Of a stretch of DNA of 64,000 nt, positions 55,214-64,000 are shown one piece after another. A model generated the notes under the pieces. The model made no database searches. It saw only the letters and a list, made by a program, of their open reading frames with translations, and was not told where the DNA came from. A program made the translations under genes and the position numbers. Origin of the DNA: Minisyncoccota bacterium (GTDB lineage Bacteria > Patescibacteriota > Minisyncoccia > Phycocordibacterales > Phycocordibacteraceae); contig JAGOSG010000001.1 in assembly GCA_018062445.1 (NCBI GenBank), forward strand, positions 58,426 to 122,425, given 5' to 3'. The number at the start of each line of letters is the position of its first letter. Within the stretch, counting starts at the first letter, position 1.

Positions 55214-56806
55214 TTAAGAAACTTCTTTGAGGCGGGAAATCACGAATTCCCTATCCAAAACACTAAGGAACCACCCCACCTTAGGGCCATGGTCTTTCCC
55301 TAAGAACGCTTGATAGATTGCCCCGAAGAAAGCTTTAGGTTCTATGGCGTGTCGCTTTCGTATCTCATGAATTTCTGTGTGGAGTGCTAAACCATCAAGC
55401 TTCTCATGACTCTCTATGAAAGTGAGCAATTCCACTAGCGTACTCTTCTGCTCGAGAGACAAATTCTTTGCAGATTCAGGAACACTATCCATTGAAAGCG
55501 AAAATTTAAATTCATCAGAGGCTGATTTCTCCAGCCAAATCTTGGCGTACTTTGCTCGAAGCTCTAGCTCTTCTCTATCAAGTGGTGTTATTGCCCCTCC
55601 CTTTAAGCGGAGCATTTCAGACTCCAAATCAAGGTGTGGCATCTGCACAAGGAATGCTACTTGCGAGAATCTCGGGAGAAATCGCTTTCTACTTTTGAGC
55701 GCAACCCGTTCGACTGGTGTATGAATATATTCAAATAATCGTGAATCATCATCAACAATTCCTGACCAGTACTTCTCCGCAAGAGTGTCATAGGTATCAA
55801 ATAACACTGGAATAGTGTCACCAGCTGGATCAAAGTTAATTTGCTGATTCATATCCTTGCCAAAAAGTGCAAGTCTAAATATTTGCGGAGGCAAAAGATC
55901 AACAATCTCACGTGCCGAGGATCCTGCACCTTTTGAGGAAGACATTTTTTTGCCTCCCACTAAAAAGAATTCATTTGGTACACCGAAGGGTTCAGGGTAC
56001 TCGAACACTTCCTCCGAAATACGGCGCGCAACATCTCTCGCACCCCCTTTGGAGTAGTGGTCTTTACCACCACCTTCAACATCAACGCCCATCACTTTCC
56101 ATTTTGCAGCCCATTCAACCTTCCATGGCAATTTTGCTTTGCCATCAAACGGAGATACTTCTCCTTTGTACCCACATCCAACTGCCCACTTCACGGCAGT
56201 GGGATAACAGGCGTAGGTGACTTTTTCTCCGTCAAACAGAGTTGCTTTCGTTGTACCTACTTTCCCGCACTGCTCGCAAATGATTGAAATTGGAAGCCAT
56301 GTGTCGGCGCGCTCTGCTCCTGAAATTTCTTTATAGATTTGGCGAATGAGTGGTGCTTTCTCAAGTGCGGTACGAATAACTCCATTCATCCGTCCTGAAA
56401 GATACAATTCACTTGCGCGATAAAACTCTGGAGTAAAACCAGCATCATGAATTGCCTCTCTGTATTCGTTTGCAAAATATTCAGCAAAGTTTTCTGCCGA
56501 CAGATCAGGAGATGGGACATGCAAGAGTGGCTTTCCCATGTGCTCGGTGTACACCGATGCGTCCAAGTAGACAGGAAGACCATCCATTGGGTCGAAGTCG
56601 TTTATTTCGTATTTAAAAATGTTTGGAACACCAGCTTCTGTAAGTCGTTCTGAAAGTGCAGCGTGAAGTGCAAGTGCGCGCATGGAACCCACATGCACAC
56701 GACCAGATGATGTTTTTTCATCACGAACCGTAAGCGTGTTGCCTGACGCTATTTTTTCTTTAAGCGAAGTTCCTAGTTGTTCGTATACCCTATCAAGCCA
56801 GAACAT
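55214..56806 (-). CDS. lysK: lysine--tRNA ligase, class I (archaeal-type LysK)
   Basis: …TSSGRVHVGSMRA… (HIGH-like) and KMSSSKG (KMSKS); about 530 aa colinear with Pyrococcus-type class I LysRS. Confidence 0.88.
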   Translation of the reverse strand: MFWLDRVYEQLGTSLKEKIASGNTLTVRDEKTSSGRVHVGSMRALALHAALSERLTEAGVPNIFKYEINDFDPMDGLPVYLDASVYTEHMGKPLLHVPSPDLSAENFAEYFANEYREAIHDAGFTPEFYRASELYLSGRMNGVIRTALEKAPLIRQIYKEISGAERADTWLPISIICEQCGKVGTTKATLFDGEKVTYACYPTAVKWAVGCGYKGEVSPFDGKAKLPWKVEWAAKWKVMGVDVEGGGKDHYSKGGARDVARRISEEVFEYPEPFGVPNEFFLVGGKKMSSSKGAGSSAREIVDLLPPQIFRLALFGKDMNQQINFDPAGDTIPVLFDTYDTLAEKYWSGIVDDDSRLFEYIHTPVERVALKSRKRFLPRFSQVAFLVQMPHLDLESEMLRLKGGAITPLDREELELRAKYAKIWLEKSASDEFKFSLSMDSVPESAKNLSLEQKSTLVELLTFIESHEKLDGLALHTEIHEIRKRHAIEPKAFFGAIYQAFLGKDHGPKVGWFLSVLDREFVISRLKEVS

Positions 56807-56893
56807 CAGTCAATCCTAAGCTAAAGAAGCTTGATATACAAGAAAATTCTCCCAAGGTAGGGAGAATAAGAATGCCTAAATTATTTAAGAAAG

Positions 56894-57061
56894 CTAATTT
56901 TTCTTTCGGCTCTTTGCTTCTCTATCTAATTTTTCCTGCTGTTTCTTCTTCCACCCTGTTTTAGTCCATTTTGGAAAGCCGTCTATTCCTCCTGCTGTTT
57001 CAGCCTTCGTTACTTCAACGCCCGTAATGTAGAAGGTCCCGTGACTTTGTTCTATGCCCAT
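56894..57061 (-). CDS. hypothetical 55-aa Lys-rich protein, starts 5 nt after the greA stop
   Basis: ORF only (MGIEQSHGTFYITGVEVTKAET…). Confidence 0.25.
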   Translation of the reverse strand: MGIEQSHGTFYITGVEVTKAETAGGIDGFPKWTKTGWKKKQQEKLDREAKSRKKN

Positions 57062-57065
57062 GGAC

Positions 57066-57557
57066 TTAAGAAATCTCAATAACAGTGTACTCCTGTCTTC
57101 CGCTTGGAGTTGAGAATGTAAATGTCTCACCCTTCTTTTTGTTCATCATTGCTTCACCGAGTGGCGAGAGGTGAGAAATCTTGTGCTGACGCATATCTGC
57201 TTCCTCACTTCCTACAATGGTGTATGCATGCTCGCCTTTGTCACCTTTTTTGCGAATCGTAACTGTTGAGCCAAAACCTGCAACTCCTTTTTTCTTTTCT
57301 GAAATAATGACCGCTGATTTTATGATGTGCTCGAGCCTGCGAATGCGCTCTTCCGTCGCTGCTTGCAGTTCACGCGCTGCCTGATATTCAGCATTCTCTG
57401 AAAGGTCGCCAAGAGAGCGTGCGTACTCAAGGCCTTCTGCGATTTCTCTTCTTGCAACGGTAACTAAACGCTCGAGCTCCAACTTTAATTCATCAAATTT
57501 TTCCTGAGAAAGAAGATTTTGTTCTTCTGATTGATCACCTTTTGTACGTGCTTTCAT
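57066..57557 (-). CDS. greA: transcription elongation factor GreA
   Basis: Coiled-coil N-domain …LGDLSENAEYQAARE…, FKBP-like C-domain. Confidence 0.88.
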   Translation of the reverse strand: MKARTKGDQSEEQNLLSQEKFDELKLELERLVTVARREIAEGLEYARSLGDLSENAEYQAARELQAATEERIRRLEHIIKSAVIISEKKKGVAGFGSTVTIRKKGDKGEHAYTIVGSEEADMRQHKISHLSPLGEAMMNKKKGETFTFSTPSGRQEYTVIEIS

Positions 57558-57680
57558 AGTGGTATGCGATATTGTAAGTGGCATTGCAAAAATACGCAAT
57601 GCCCACGAATTAGAACATATTTTAGATAGAAAAAATCCTATCTCTGCTCTCCTTTTCTGTAGTCCTTGTGGATCTGATGA

Positions 57681-57720
57681 GGTGTCACCTGAAAGCTGAA
57701 AGCTGGCACCTGAAACCTAC
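57681..57720. repeat. AGCTTTCAG-type heptad repeat
   Basis: ggtgtcacctgaaagctgaaagctggcacctgaaacctac. Confidence 0.6.
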
Positions 57721-59444
57721 TTCACCATCTCTGGTCTTTCACTAACAATAAAACGAAGCACCTCTCCCATCACCGCAGGTGCCCCTTGCGGTGTGCCTGC
57801 CTTTGCGCGTTCCATCACCACCGCAAATGCATACTTAGGACTCTCATAGGGGAAGAATCCAACAACAAGTGAGTTGATGGATTCTTTACGCGCGCCAACT
57901 TCTGCAGTCCCTGTCTTTGCAGCGGCACGCACCCCAGGGACAGCGAGCGCTTGCGCCAAGCCTTCCGTAACAGCAAGTCGCATACCTTCCCGAACAACCT
58001 CTAAGTTACTAGAACTTACTGCGACATTTGTATGTAATCCATTTTGTCCTACTTCAATCACTGGTGTAATTAACATTCCATCGTTTGCAATCGCTGCAGT
58101 GCTCCGAACTAACTGCATCACCGTTACCTGAAAGCCGTACTGCCCAATTGCTGTGTGGTATGTGTTTCCAAGAAACCACCGCTCTCCATCAAACATGTTT
58201 GCTTTCCACTCTGGGTCTGGAACTGTACCAAATTCTTCACCTGACATTGGTACACCTGTTTCTTTTCCAAAACCAAACATACGCATGTACTTATCAATTG
58301 TTGCAATGCCAAGTCCCGCTTGGTCTTGATACCCGCCACCTATCGCGTAGAAATAAACATCAGACGACACTGAGAGCGCTTTGCGAATATCAACCCACCC
58401 ATGTGCTTTCCAATCTTTAAAGACAGAGGGCTTAGAAGGATCATACGGATTGGGAATGGAAATTGATCCAGTCGATAAAATTTGCTTGGTGGGACTAATG
58501 ATGCGCTCTTGGAGTGCGGCACTCGCCATAAAAGGTTTTACCACCGAGCCCGGCGTGTAGAGCCCTGAGACTGCCCGATCAAGAAATGGTGAACGATCAC
58601 TGGCAAGGAGTTTTGCAACAGCATCTTTAGGTGAACCGCTCGACATAACTTCAGGATCAAACGACGGATAACTCACTACCGCTAAGAGCTCCCCTGTTTG
58701 TACATCCATAATTACACCAGAACCACCACGCCATTTTGACTCCTCAGACCGATTGGCAATGGCTTCATGCATTGCCTTTTGAAGACCTGCATCAATGGAA
58801 AGACGAATGTCACTCCCAGTCTTTGCGGTGCGCACCATACTGCCTGAAACCACATTTCCCGATGCATCTGTTTCAGCAATACTGAGACCATTCGTCCCAG
58901 AGAGTGCCTCATCATACAAAGACTCAACTCCAACAACACCTGCCGTGTGATCTTGGTACCAATACCCATTTTGATCCGCTTTTGGATACGACACATACCC
59001 CACCAACACTGACGCAGAAGAACCAAAAGGATATTTCCTTGTTGCAAAAAGGCCGAGAGGCGCATCTTTTTTTGTCGTTGAAGAAGCGAGTGTTTCTGAT
59101 ATTCCCGCTGTATTACCTGCCAAGACTACTCCAGTACGATCAAGAATAAGACCACGGTCAGCAATAATTACTGAATGTGCAAGTCGATTGGCTTCAGCGC
59201 GCGCAGATAAAGACTGATATTGGACAATCTGTAAATTAATCAGTGCTCCTATAAATATGACCCCAACAAGCAAGACAATAGAAAAAAAACCAGTGAATAC
59301 GGAAGTACCTACAGGCCTCTCAATTCTTCCTTCAAGTCTAGAGGTATCGAACGCAGGCAGGTTTGCTGCATCAATAAGAATTTCGTCAGGTTCAATTTCC
59401 TGATATCGTTTTTTTCGATTAAAGATGCGACGAAATATAGTCAT
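57717..59444 (-). CDS. mrdA: penicillin-binding protein 2 (elongasome transpeptidase)
   Basis: SxxK (SVVKP), SxD, KTGTAEV; adjacent to mreBCD. Confidence 0.88.
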   Translation of the reverse strand: MTIFRRIFNRKKRYQEIEPDEILIDAANLPAFDTSRLEGRIERPVGTSVFTGFFSIVLLVGVIFIGALINLQIVQYQSLSARAEANRLAHSVIIADRGLILDRTGVVLAGNTAGISETLASSTTKKDAPLGLFATRKYPFGSSASVLVGYVSYPKADQNGYWYQDHTAGVVGVESLYDEALSGTNGLSIAETDASGNVVSGSMVRTAKTGSDIRLSIDAGLQKAMHEAIANRSEESKWRGGSGVIMDVQTGELLAVVSYPSFDPEVMSSGSPKDAVAKLLASDRSPFLDRAVSGLYTPGSVVKPFMASAALQERIISPTKQILSTGSISIPNPYDPSKPSVFKDWKAHGWVDIRKALSVSSDVYFYAIGGGYQDQAGLGIATIDKYMRMFGFGKETGVPMSGEEFGTVPDPEWKANMFDGERWFLGNTYHTAIGQYGFQVTVMQLVRSTAAIANDGMLITPVIEVGQNGLHTNVAVSSSNLEVVREGMRLAVTEGLAQALAVPGVRAAAKTGTAEVGARKESINSLVVGFFPYESPKYAFAVVMERAKAGTPQGAPAVMGEVLRFIVSERPEMVK

Positions 59445-59453
59445 ACTACTATT

Positions 59454-59711
59454 TTATTCTGAAAGAGTTCGGTGAAGATACCATGAAAATATAACGAGCA
59501 TGAAAAAAAGTGCTGTGTAGAGATACTGAAATCCTCCAAATGGAACCATTGGTGCACCAAAAACTAAATCCATACAGATACCCCCAATAATGACGAGTAC
59601 GCTGGCTTCAAAAAGTGAAAGCAAAAGAATACCCAAAGCTACAGTGAGCCACCAAGGACAGAAAAACACACTCGCGAAAAACGCCACACTCAGTCCTATG
59701 CGGGCAATCAT
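59454..59711 (-). CDS. mreD: rod shape-determining protein MreD (small polytopic membrane protein)
   Basis: Position after mreC, 85 aa, 3 TM. Confidence 0.55.
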   Translation of the reverse strand: MIARIGLSVAFFASVFFCPWWLTVALGILLLSLFEASVLVIIGGICMDLVFGAPMVPFGGFQYLYTALFFMLVIFSWYLHRTLSE

Positions 59712-60475
59712 CGGGTAGGAATAATTCGAATAAAATCAAGTTCAGAAAATGAAAATGGAATGGTGAATCGTACTATTTGAGATACATCACGTACCTCGGC
59801 AGAAATACTTTGAACAACGCCAGCAACAAGCGACTCAGTTGCAGGAAATCGTACTGAATCTCCTATTGCAACTTTTACACCTTGAGGGACAGAAACTTCA
59901 AACGCGCCACCGCCCAAACCTTTAGCTACTGCAACCGCGCGTGGATCGCCGAGAATGACATCATGCGAAACACCTGAACTTGAAAACAAAGTCACTGTCG
60001 CACTATTGCTATCAACAGCACTAATGCGCCCAAGCACCACACCTTGATATATAGCCACATCATTTTCATTGATACCGCCCGATTTCCCTACATCAATGAG
60101 GAGTGTGTCGTAATTTGTTCGAGGAGGTCTCGCAATAACACGAGCGGTAACGCCATGGGGAGTTGCCACTGCACTCACCGACTCACGAAGCGATGCATTT
60201 TCATTCGCCAAGAGACTATATAAAAGCGCCTGATAGTGCGTGCGCTTCAATTCAGCATCGGCAATATTGAGGCGAGCGATGAGTGCATTTTTCGACAGTG
60301 CACTATACTCATCGGCCTTTGCGCGAGGAGCTACAACATTTGCCACAATTCCCCTCATGAACGAACCGATGTTCGAGCTAAATACAAACACAATAACCAA
60401 ACTTGCCAGCGCAATAGCGCCAGTAAGAAAATGGAGTCGTGTTTTAGAACCCCGCGAGTACACCATCATCGTCAT
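59708..60475 (-). CDS. mreC: rod shape-determining protein MreC
   Basis: N-terminal TM, coiled coil, beta-rich C-domain; follows mreB. Confidence 0.7.
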   Translation of the reverse strand: MTMMVYSRGSKTRLHFLTGAIALASLVIVFVFSSNIGSFMRGIVANVVAPRAKADEYSALSKNALIARLNIADAELKRTHYQALLYSLLANENASLRESVSAVATPHGVTARVIARPPRTNYDTLLIDVGKSGGINENDVAIYQGVVLGRISAVDSNSATVTLFSSSGVSHDVILGDPRAVAVAKGLGGGAFEVSVPQGVKVAIGDSVRFPATESLVAGVVQSISAEVRDVSQIVRFTIPFSFSELDFIRIIPTR

Positions 60476-61505
60476 CGACTAATACTGCGCGATATTTTTC
60501 AACATCTTCGAGCACAATGCCGGTCCCACGAACAACCGTAGTGAGTGGGTCATCGACTACATGAATAGGTACCTTAAGCTCTGATGCCAAAAGCTCAGGC
60601 AACCCTCGAAGTAAGGCACCTCCACCCGTAAGGAAAATACCGAGACGCATCACATCAGAGACCACTTCAGGAGGAGCTGTTTCGATTACTTCTTTTATCG
60701 CTTCAACAATCGAAATAATAGAGGAGCCAGTGGCTTCTCGTATATCTGCATCAGTAATAACAATTTCACGGGGAAGTCCCGTCACTAAATCACGACCTCG
60801 AATGTGTGTCTCTAGTGCCACTGGTAACTTGATTGCTGAACCAACTGCAACTTTTACATCCTCAGCAGTGCGCTCACCAATTAAAATTTTGAATTCGCTA
60901 CGAATGTAACTCGCAATATCATCATTCAAAACATCTCCCGCGATTCGAATATTCTTTGCACGAACTATTCCACCCAAGGACATGAGCGCGATGTCGGTAG
61001 TACCTCCACCAATGTCCACGAGCATTGTCCCCACAGCGCTCTCAACAGGAAGCCGTGCGCCCAAAGCTGCAGCCATAGGCTCTTCAATAATTAATACTTC
61101 CCTCGCACCAGCATTTTTTGCAGCATCTCTGACGGCGCGAATTTCTACATTGGTAATACCTGAAGGAACACCAATAACAACACGGGGTCCTAACAACATT
61201 CGCTCCGTTTGTGCTTTTTGAATCAGATAGGTAAGCATTTCTTCGGTCACTTCGAAATCAGAAATAACACCCTCAACGAGAGGTCTAATGGCAGTGATGT
61301 GTGTCGGGGTCCTCCCTATCATGTCTCTCGCGGAAGCTCCGACAGCAACCACTTGTCCAGTTTTCTGATTCAACGCCACAACCGATGGCTCGGTGATGAC
61401 AATTCCCTTACCTTTCAAATACACCAAGGTATTAGCGGTACCAAGATCAATACCAATATCCTTTGAGAACCGCTCTGCTATTTTTCGCGGTAATTTAAAA
61501 GCCAT
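60444..61505 (-). CDS. mreB: rod shape-determining protein MreB
   Basis: Actin-fold motifs IGIDLGTANT, DIGGGTTD. Confidence 0.95.
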   Translation of the reverse strand: MAFKLPRKIAERFSKDIGIDLGTANTLVYLKGKGIVITEPSVVALNQKTGQVVAVGASARDMIGRTPTHITAIRPLVEGVISDFEVTEEMLTYLIQKAQTERMLLGPRVVIGVPSGITNVEIRAVRDAAKNAGAREVLIIEEPMAAALGARLPVESAVGTMLVDIGGGTTDIALMSLGGIVRAKNIRIAGDVLNDDIASYIRSEFKILIGERTAEDVKVAVGSAIKLPVALETHIRGRDLVTGLPREIVITDADIREATGSSIISIVEAIKEVIETAPPEVVSDVMRLGIFLTGGGALLRGLPELLASELKVPIHVVDDPLTTVVRGTGIVLEDVEKYRAVLVDDDDGVLAGF

Positions 61506-62748
61506 AATTTTGAGTTAACAGTGCCCGTTTTGATACCGTCTTTTTTAGTCCATCAACACGTCTCACAATTTCAAATGAATCTTCGGTCGACTGTCGTCCT
61601 ACCACTATGCGGTATGGCATACCTAAAAGATCTGAATCTGCAAATTTCTCTCCCGCGCGCGTATCTCGCTCATCGTACAAAACCTCAACACCAACAGCTT
61701 GAAGTTCTTCATATAAAGAATCCGCAAGCGCGCGTATTTTTTCATCCCCTTGTGAGAGCTCAACAAGATGAACATCGAAGGGTGCAATAGAAGCAGGCCA
61801 GACAATTCCCTTCTCATCGCACAATACTTCCACCACGGTGCCGAGAAGTCGTCCTACGCCTATGCCGTATGAGCCCATGTGTACCTCGGCATCTTTCCCG
61901 TCTTTGTCCTTGTATTTGAGACCAAGAGCATCAGCGTACTTCGTGCCGAGTTTAAAGATGTTACCCACTTCAATAGATTTTGCTTCTACCAACTTATTGC
62001 GATCAAGCGAGAGCTCTTCAAGCACTTCCTCTGTCATGACTTCATCGTTCACTGCAATCCGCTTTTCCGTGTCTATATATATAGTGTCTTCACCTGCAGT
62101 TGAAACCGTTTGGAACTCATGACTGAATTTTGAAAATACTCCGCCTGACGCAAATGTGAGGTAGGTAATATCACCCAAGCCAACACGACGGAATATATTT
62201 TCATAGGCGATACCCACCTCTTTATAAAATGCATCGAGCTCTTCTTCTGAGCGACAAAATGAATATAAATCTTTCATCACAAACTCGCGCCCACGCATGA
62301 TGCCGGATTTGGTGCGAAGTTCGTTTCGAAACTTTGACTGAAAGTGGTACACATATCGAGGTAAATCACGGTAGCTCGATACCTGCATGGCAACCGCTTT
62401 TGTGATTGGTTCTTCATGCGTAAAAGAAAGTCCAAGCTCCCCTCCTGATTTCAGTTCAGTCTTAAACCAATTATCTATTTTTTTATCGTCCCAGCGATCA
62501 GTCGCCTTCCAGAGTTCTGGATTCTGCAAAACAGAAAAAGAAACTTCCTGCCCGCCAAGTGCATTCATTTCCTCTCGAATAATGTTTTCAATTTTTTTAA
62601 AAACACGAAGTCCGAGTGGAAGTAAATCGTACACACCAGCCATTTCCTTGTGAATGTAGCCACCTCGAATCAGAAGCTGAGCATTCTCGGAAACCTCATC
62701 TTTTGGGGCATCCTTGCGGGTTTTAGTAAAGAGATGTGACTGCTTCAT
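61495..62748 (-). CDS. proS: proline--tRNA ligase, short bacterial-type lacking the INS editing domain (417 aa)
   Basis: Class II motifs and ProRS N-terminus MKQSHLFTKTRKDAPKDEVSENAQLLIRGGYI. Confidence 0.88.
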   Translation of the reverse strand: MKQSHLFTKTRKDAPKDEVSENAQLLIRGGYIHKEMAGVYDLLPLGLRVFKKIENIIREEMNALGGQEVSFSVLQNPELWKATDRWDDKKIDNWFKTELKSGGELGLSFTHEEPITKAVAMQVSSYRDLPRYVYHFQSKFRNELRTKSGIMRGREFVMKDLYSFCRSEEELDAFYKEVGIAYENIFRRVGLGDITYLTFASGGVFSKFSHEFQTVSTAGEDTIYIDTEKRIAVNDEVMTEEVLEELSLDRNKLVEAKSIEVGNIFKLGTKYADALGLKYKDKDGKDAEVHMGSYGIGVGRLLGTVVEVLCDEKGIVWPASIAPFDVHLVELSQGDEKIRALADSLYEELQAVGVEVLYDERDTRAGEKFADSDLLGMPYRIVVGRQSTEDSFEIVRRVDGLKKTVSKRALLTQNYGF

Positions 62749-62765
62749 TCTCGAAATAGTACAGC

Positions 62766-63101
62766 CTAAAAGAGCTTTCCGCCAACAATGGCAGAATCAT
62801 TGCTTGGGACAACAAGAATTGCCTGCCCTTCCGAATCGGGCACACCGAGCGTCAAACACTCTGAAACAAAAGGTCCAATTTGCCGAGGAGGAAAATTGAC
62901 TACACCAAGAACCTTCTTGCCGAGAAGTTCTTCTTTTGTGTGATGTTTCACAAGCTGTGCGGATGAATGTTTGATGCCAATATCAGATCCAAAATCAATG
63001 GTCAACTTATACGCAGGCTTTCTTGCTTCGGGAAAATCAAACACTTCAATAATTTTTCCAACCCTAATATCTACAATCCCCAAATCATCTATAGTTGCCA
63101 T
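62766..63101 (-). CDS. csaA: tRNA-binding protein CsaA/Trbp111-like (EMAP/OB-fold domain)
   Basis: VDIRVGKIIEV… OB-fold tRNA-binding domain, 111 aa. Confidence 0.8.
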   Translation of the reverse strand: MATIDDLGIVDIRVGKIIEVFDFPEARKPAYKLTIDFGSDIGIKHSSAQLVKHHTKEELLGKKVLGVVNFPPRQIGPFVSECLTLGVPDSEGQAILVVPSNDSAIVGGKLF

Positions 63102-63107
63102 AAGTAA

Positions 63108-63431
63108 TTACTGTAAGCTATTAATATTTTTCTCATCTCTCCTCAGCGCTCTCCACAACCTTCTCATTTTCACATCTAAGAGCTCTATGGAGTATGGAAT
63201 GAGGTGGAGATTCTTAGAAGTATCTCCTGCGTCCAACCATTCACGAAAGCGACTCTGTCTCGCTTCATATATACCAATTGAAGCCTTGAGGTGCTTCACG
63301 TGTCTTAGAAGACGCTCTTTCTTCTCCGAAGCACTCTCAGATTGACGGCGTGCACTTTTGAATTTGCGCCGTTCTTTTCTTCTAACAACATCAGTGAGCC
63401 TAGAAGAATCATTTTCTAATATTCTGAACAT
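63108..63431 (-). CDS. hypothetical basic protein (108-aa form starting MFRILEN); the longer 134-aa ORF would overlap the T-box core
   Basis: ORF begins about 70 nt downstream of the T-box motif; no family recognised. Confidence 0.3.
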   Translation of the reverse strand: MFRILENDSSRLTDVVRRKERRKFKSARRQSESASEKKERLLRHVKHLKASIGIYEARQSRFREWLDAGDTSKNLHLIPYSIELLDVKMRRLWRALRRDEKNINSLQ

Positions 63432-63737
63432 ATTCGTGTAACTAATTACCTCATAACGCCAACCCTTCGAATTTCTTCGAAACGTAAGGGGCGCAAAGCA
63501 GCGCGGTACCACCCTTTAGTAATCCCAAACAAAAAGCGCCTACCGGCGCGTGCTTGGAATCCTCAGTGCTCCTGCCTTTCGGCTGACACACGTAGACGCG
63601 TTTTTACGGTTGTCCTCCGTCGCACTTATATCCACCGTGGAATTTCGTGCGCAGCTTGTTTGGCTGGGTACCAAACTCAAACGCCTGTATGTAACTAAAA
63701 CTAGTGTACCAAAAGAAGCGAGAGTGTCAAAACTAAC
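63432..63737 (-). promoter_or_regulatory. T-box riboswitch leader (minus strand) upstream of the hypothetical-csaA-proS operon; candidate promoter TTGACA-16-TACACT at its 5' end
   Basis: Exact T-box core 5'-AGGGUGGUACCGCG-3' is the reverse complement of 63502-63515; candidate specifier-loop ACCCA (Pro CCC codon); GCGCC-ggua-GGCGC-UUUUU hairpin nearby. Confidence 0.55.
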
Positions 63738-64000
63738 TTAAGAAACTAAACGAAAGATATCGTGAGCAGTTACTGCAAGCATAAGAATAATGAGCACACC
63801 AAACCCAGCAACATTTATGATGTCAGAAACTCGTGCAGGAATCTTGCGTCGAGAGATTGTTTCAATACAGAGGAGTGCTAATCGTCCGCCATCAAGAGCT
63901 GGAAACGGAAGCAAGTTCACAATTGCCAAGTTCATTGAAATTAACGCTGCGAGAGAAAGAACGGAACCCAAGCCAAACCCGCTAGCATCTCCAACAAGTG
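63738..64000 (-). CDS. rseP: site-2 protease RseP (M50), C-terminal part only; gene continues past the window end
   Basis: C-terminal NLLPFPALDGGRL motif of M50 proteases. Confidence 0.7.
   Translation of the reverse strand, partial: LVGDASGFGLGSVLSLAALISMNLAIVNLLPFPALDGGRLALLCIETISRRKIPARVSDIINVAGFGVLIILMLAVTAHDIFRLVS

Noticed and set aside
63108-63512. 134-aa version of the minus-strand ORF downstream of rseP
   Set aside because: Its first 11 nt would overlap the exact T-box core at 63502-63515. The shorter form starting at 63431 (MFRILEN) is compatible with the riboswitch, so only that form is listed, at low confidence.
63481-63560. Initial reading of GGGCGCAAAGCAGCGCGGTACCACCC as an RNase P P10-P12 or SRP RNA element
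   Set aside because: It does not match RNase P or SRP consensus. Its reverse complement is an exact T-box core, so it was reinterpreted as a T-box leader.
1-64000. Mobile elements, integrases, transposases, CRISPR-Cas, restriction-modification, toxin-antitoxin or other defence systems
   Set aside because: No ORF has transposase, integrase, Cas or methyltransferase/restriction motifs; the window is essentially housekeeping.

Overview
This 64-kb window is a gene-dense bacterial chromosomal segment of mid-40s % GC, dominated by housekeeping genes on both strands. The aaRS complement (class I LysRS, archaeal/eukaryal-type AspRS, short ProRS without editing insertion), the minimal cell-wall, division and chaperone repertoire, and the absence of outer-membrane genes suggest a small-genome monoderm, possibly Patescibacteria/CPR-like; that placement is inference only. 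Identifiable genes include rpsI (partial), grpE-dnaK-dnaJ, trpS, aspS, pepA, scpA-scpB, a DD-carboxypeptidase, mraY-ftsW-murG, gltX, an M23 peptidase, rpmA, rplI, ctpA, corA, dnaB, recR, rplU, glmS, rmuC, murF-ftsI-ftsL-rsmH-mraZ, class I lysS, greA, mrdA-mreD-mreC-mreB, proS, csaA, a tRNA-Glu(CUC) and partial rseP. Four things stand out.
(1) A translationally coupled operon at 5.7-12.0 kb: Leu/Phe-dehydrogenase-like, PaaK/F390-synthetase-like adenylating ligase, ThiF/E1-like protein with an N-terminal extension, an enlarged nitroreductase/SagB-like oxidoreductase, then a membrane sensor histidine kinase with no cognate response regulator. This is a candidate uncharacterised peptide- or small-molecule-modification/signalling system.
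(2) An exact T-box riboswitch core (AGGGUGGUACCGCG) on the minus strand, upstream of a hypothetical-csaA-proS operon.
(3) Several dispersed intergenic repeat families: AGCTTTCAG-type heptad arrays at 13 or more loci, TTTAGGG-like heptamer arrays at 8 loci, a 44-bp perfect palindrome in 4 copies, and a tandem-hairpin element in 3 copies with compensatory base changes.
(4) An AT-rich operon of tiny Cys-rich or basic proteins, one with a RanBP2-type zinc-finger pattern.
No CRISPR, transposase, integrase or rRNA was found.
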